From assembly GCA_965655095.1 (NCBI GenBank), contig OZ296648.1, positions 118,730,001 through 118,794,000 on the forward strand: a stretch of 64,000 nucleotides of DNA. Direction: 5' to 3'. The number at the start of each line of letters is the position of its first letter. Positions within the stretch are counted from its first letter, which is position 1. This document shows, one piece after another, positions 62,907 to 64,000 of the stretch. The notes beneath the pieces were generated by a model that worked only from the letters and a program-made list of their open reading frames with translations, ran no database searches and was not told the origin of the DNA. This DNA comes from Haplodiscus bocki. Taxonomy: Eukaryota. The position numbers were made by a program, and so were the translations under genes.

Positions 62907-64000
62907 GCGCTCAGGTGCATAGCGCAAGGCTCGTGAAGGTACTCAAACTCTTGATTACATCGCTGACCACATGCTTATGGAATGCCATAGAGCATGTAGC
63001 AAAATCCGGAGAGATTAGACAGACACCAACCAATCGAGATAAGAGCAGTTTGAGATAACTAACCTAACTTCTAAAAGAATTTAGCTGGAACAGAATATTT
63101 TGTCATCTCAAAGTCAGCAAAAGCCAGCCGCTGTTTGGCAAAAGCCATCTCAGAGCAGCAAGGTTCCAGACGTTGACAACTAGGGCGTTAAGTGAACAAA
63201 TACGAATCTGGAAATAAAAATCTATCCAAAAAGCCGTGTTTTCCCGATAGGTGTTCTCAGAAAGCTCGACCAAAAAATTTCGCGCAGCCCAAAGGTTACA
63301 AAAGCAGTGAGCAGATGCAGAGGGTTATTAGGAGACACTCGAGACATTTTTCCAGGTGATGAGAGTCGCAGTAAATCATCGCAAAGGGAATTTTTTTTAA
63401 ATGTTCAACATCTAGAGTACCTTGTCCAGACCACCTATCTACGACTGAGCGTACCCTGACAAGCTCTCCACTGCTTCTCCAGTCAATGCAATGAGCATCA
63501 CGAAGCCCTGTATACTTTTATTGTTTGTACAGCAGGATAAAAACTCTCTAGAGTCGACAAGTCTTGAAGGAATCTTATTTCTTGAAAACTTTCGGAGCCC
63601 AAACTTGCATCAAAACCCACTGTTGTACACATTGCTTATTCTATTCCTCAATTCAGGTGATAGGCATAACTTTGAGGCATGCTGAACGCACAAAACTTGA
63701 GATAATGCAGGAAGTAACTTGAAAAACCAATTTTCTTCCGGAAAAATTCGGTCAAAATCTTGTGGAAAAATGAGAAAACTTTCGGTTAGAAATTAAATGC
63801 AACTTACGCATAATGTTCCATCTCCTAACCAGCATTGGGAAGCCATATATGGGATAATAGGCCAAGGAAATTCGACAAAGTATAACTTGCCCTCTGAAAA
63901 AACCTGGGTTTTCAATTGCTTTCGCCGGAAACTCGCTCGCGAAGAAGTTTCGTACACCAAAATTTTCGAACCCGGTCAATTACGAAGTTGCCAATACAGC
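62907..64000 (+). repeat. Near-identical inverted duplicate of 23712-24807 (runs off the window end)
   Basis: Base-by-base reverse-complement match in the segments checked. Confidence 0.97.

Overview
AT-rich eukaryotic (animal, probably invertebrate) genomic DNA. The backbone is a host gene on the + strand encoding an SMG6/EST1A-like NMD factor. Eight exons were found between 22222 and 53458; the upstream exons and the PIN-domain exons were not found in the window. Its very long introns are packed with decayed mobile DNA. Two divergent, pseudogenised Maverick/Polinton elements are present, both on +. Element 1 (1 to at least ~11.7 kb, probably >13.3 kb) carries integrase, penton, a small basic protein, major capsid, adenain protease, orphan ORFs and a protein-primed PolB that contains a GT-AG spliceosomal intron. 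Element 2 (38569-48440) lies between AGTAGT-type terminal inverted repeats inside one SMG6 intron. It carries a DEDD-like ORF, A32 packaging ATPase, integrase, and a penton fused by deletion to the PolB C-terminus. The most striking observation is that both elements have a highly divergent ribosomal protein uS5 (RPS2)-like gene in the same slot (after PolB and a tandem-repeat array, on the minus strand), which suggests a Maverick lineage that captured a ribosomal protein. The window also holds an EnSpm/CACTA transposase relic, a CCC..GGG-ended non-autonomous element with a 2-bp TSD, several minisatellites, and a near-identical ~1.1-kb inverted duplication 38-40 kb apart. All calls are from reading and motif recognition by eye; no searches were run.
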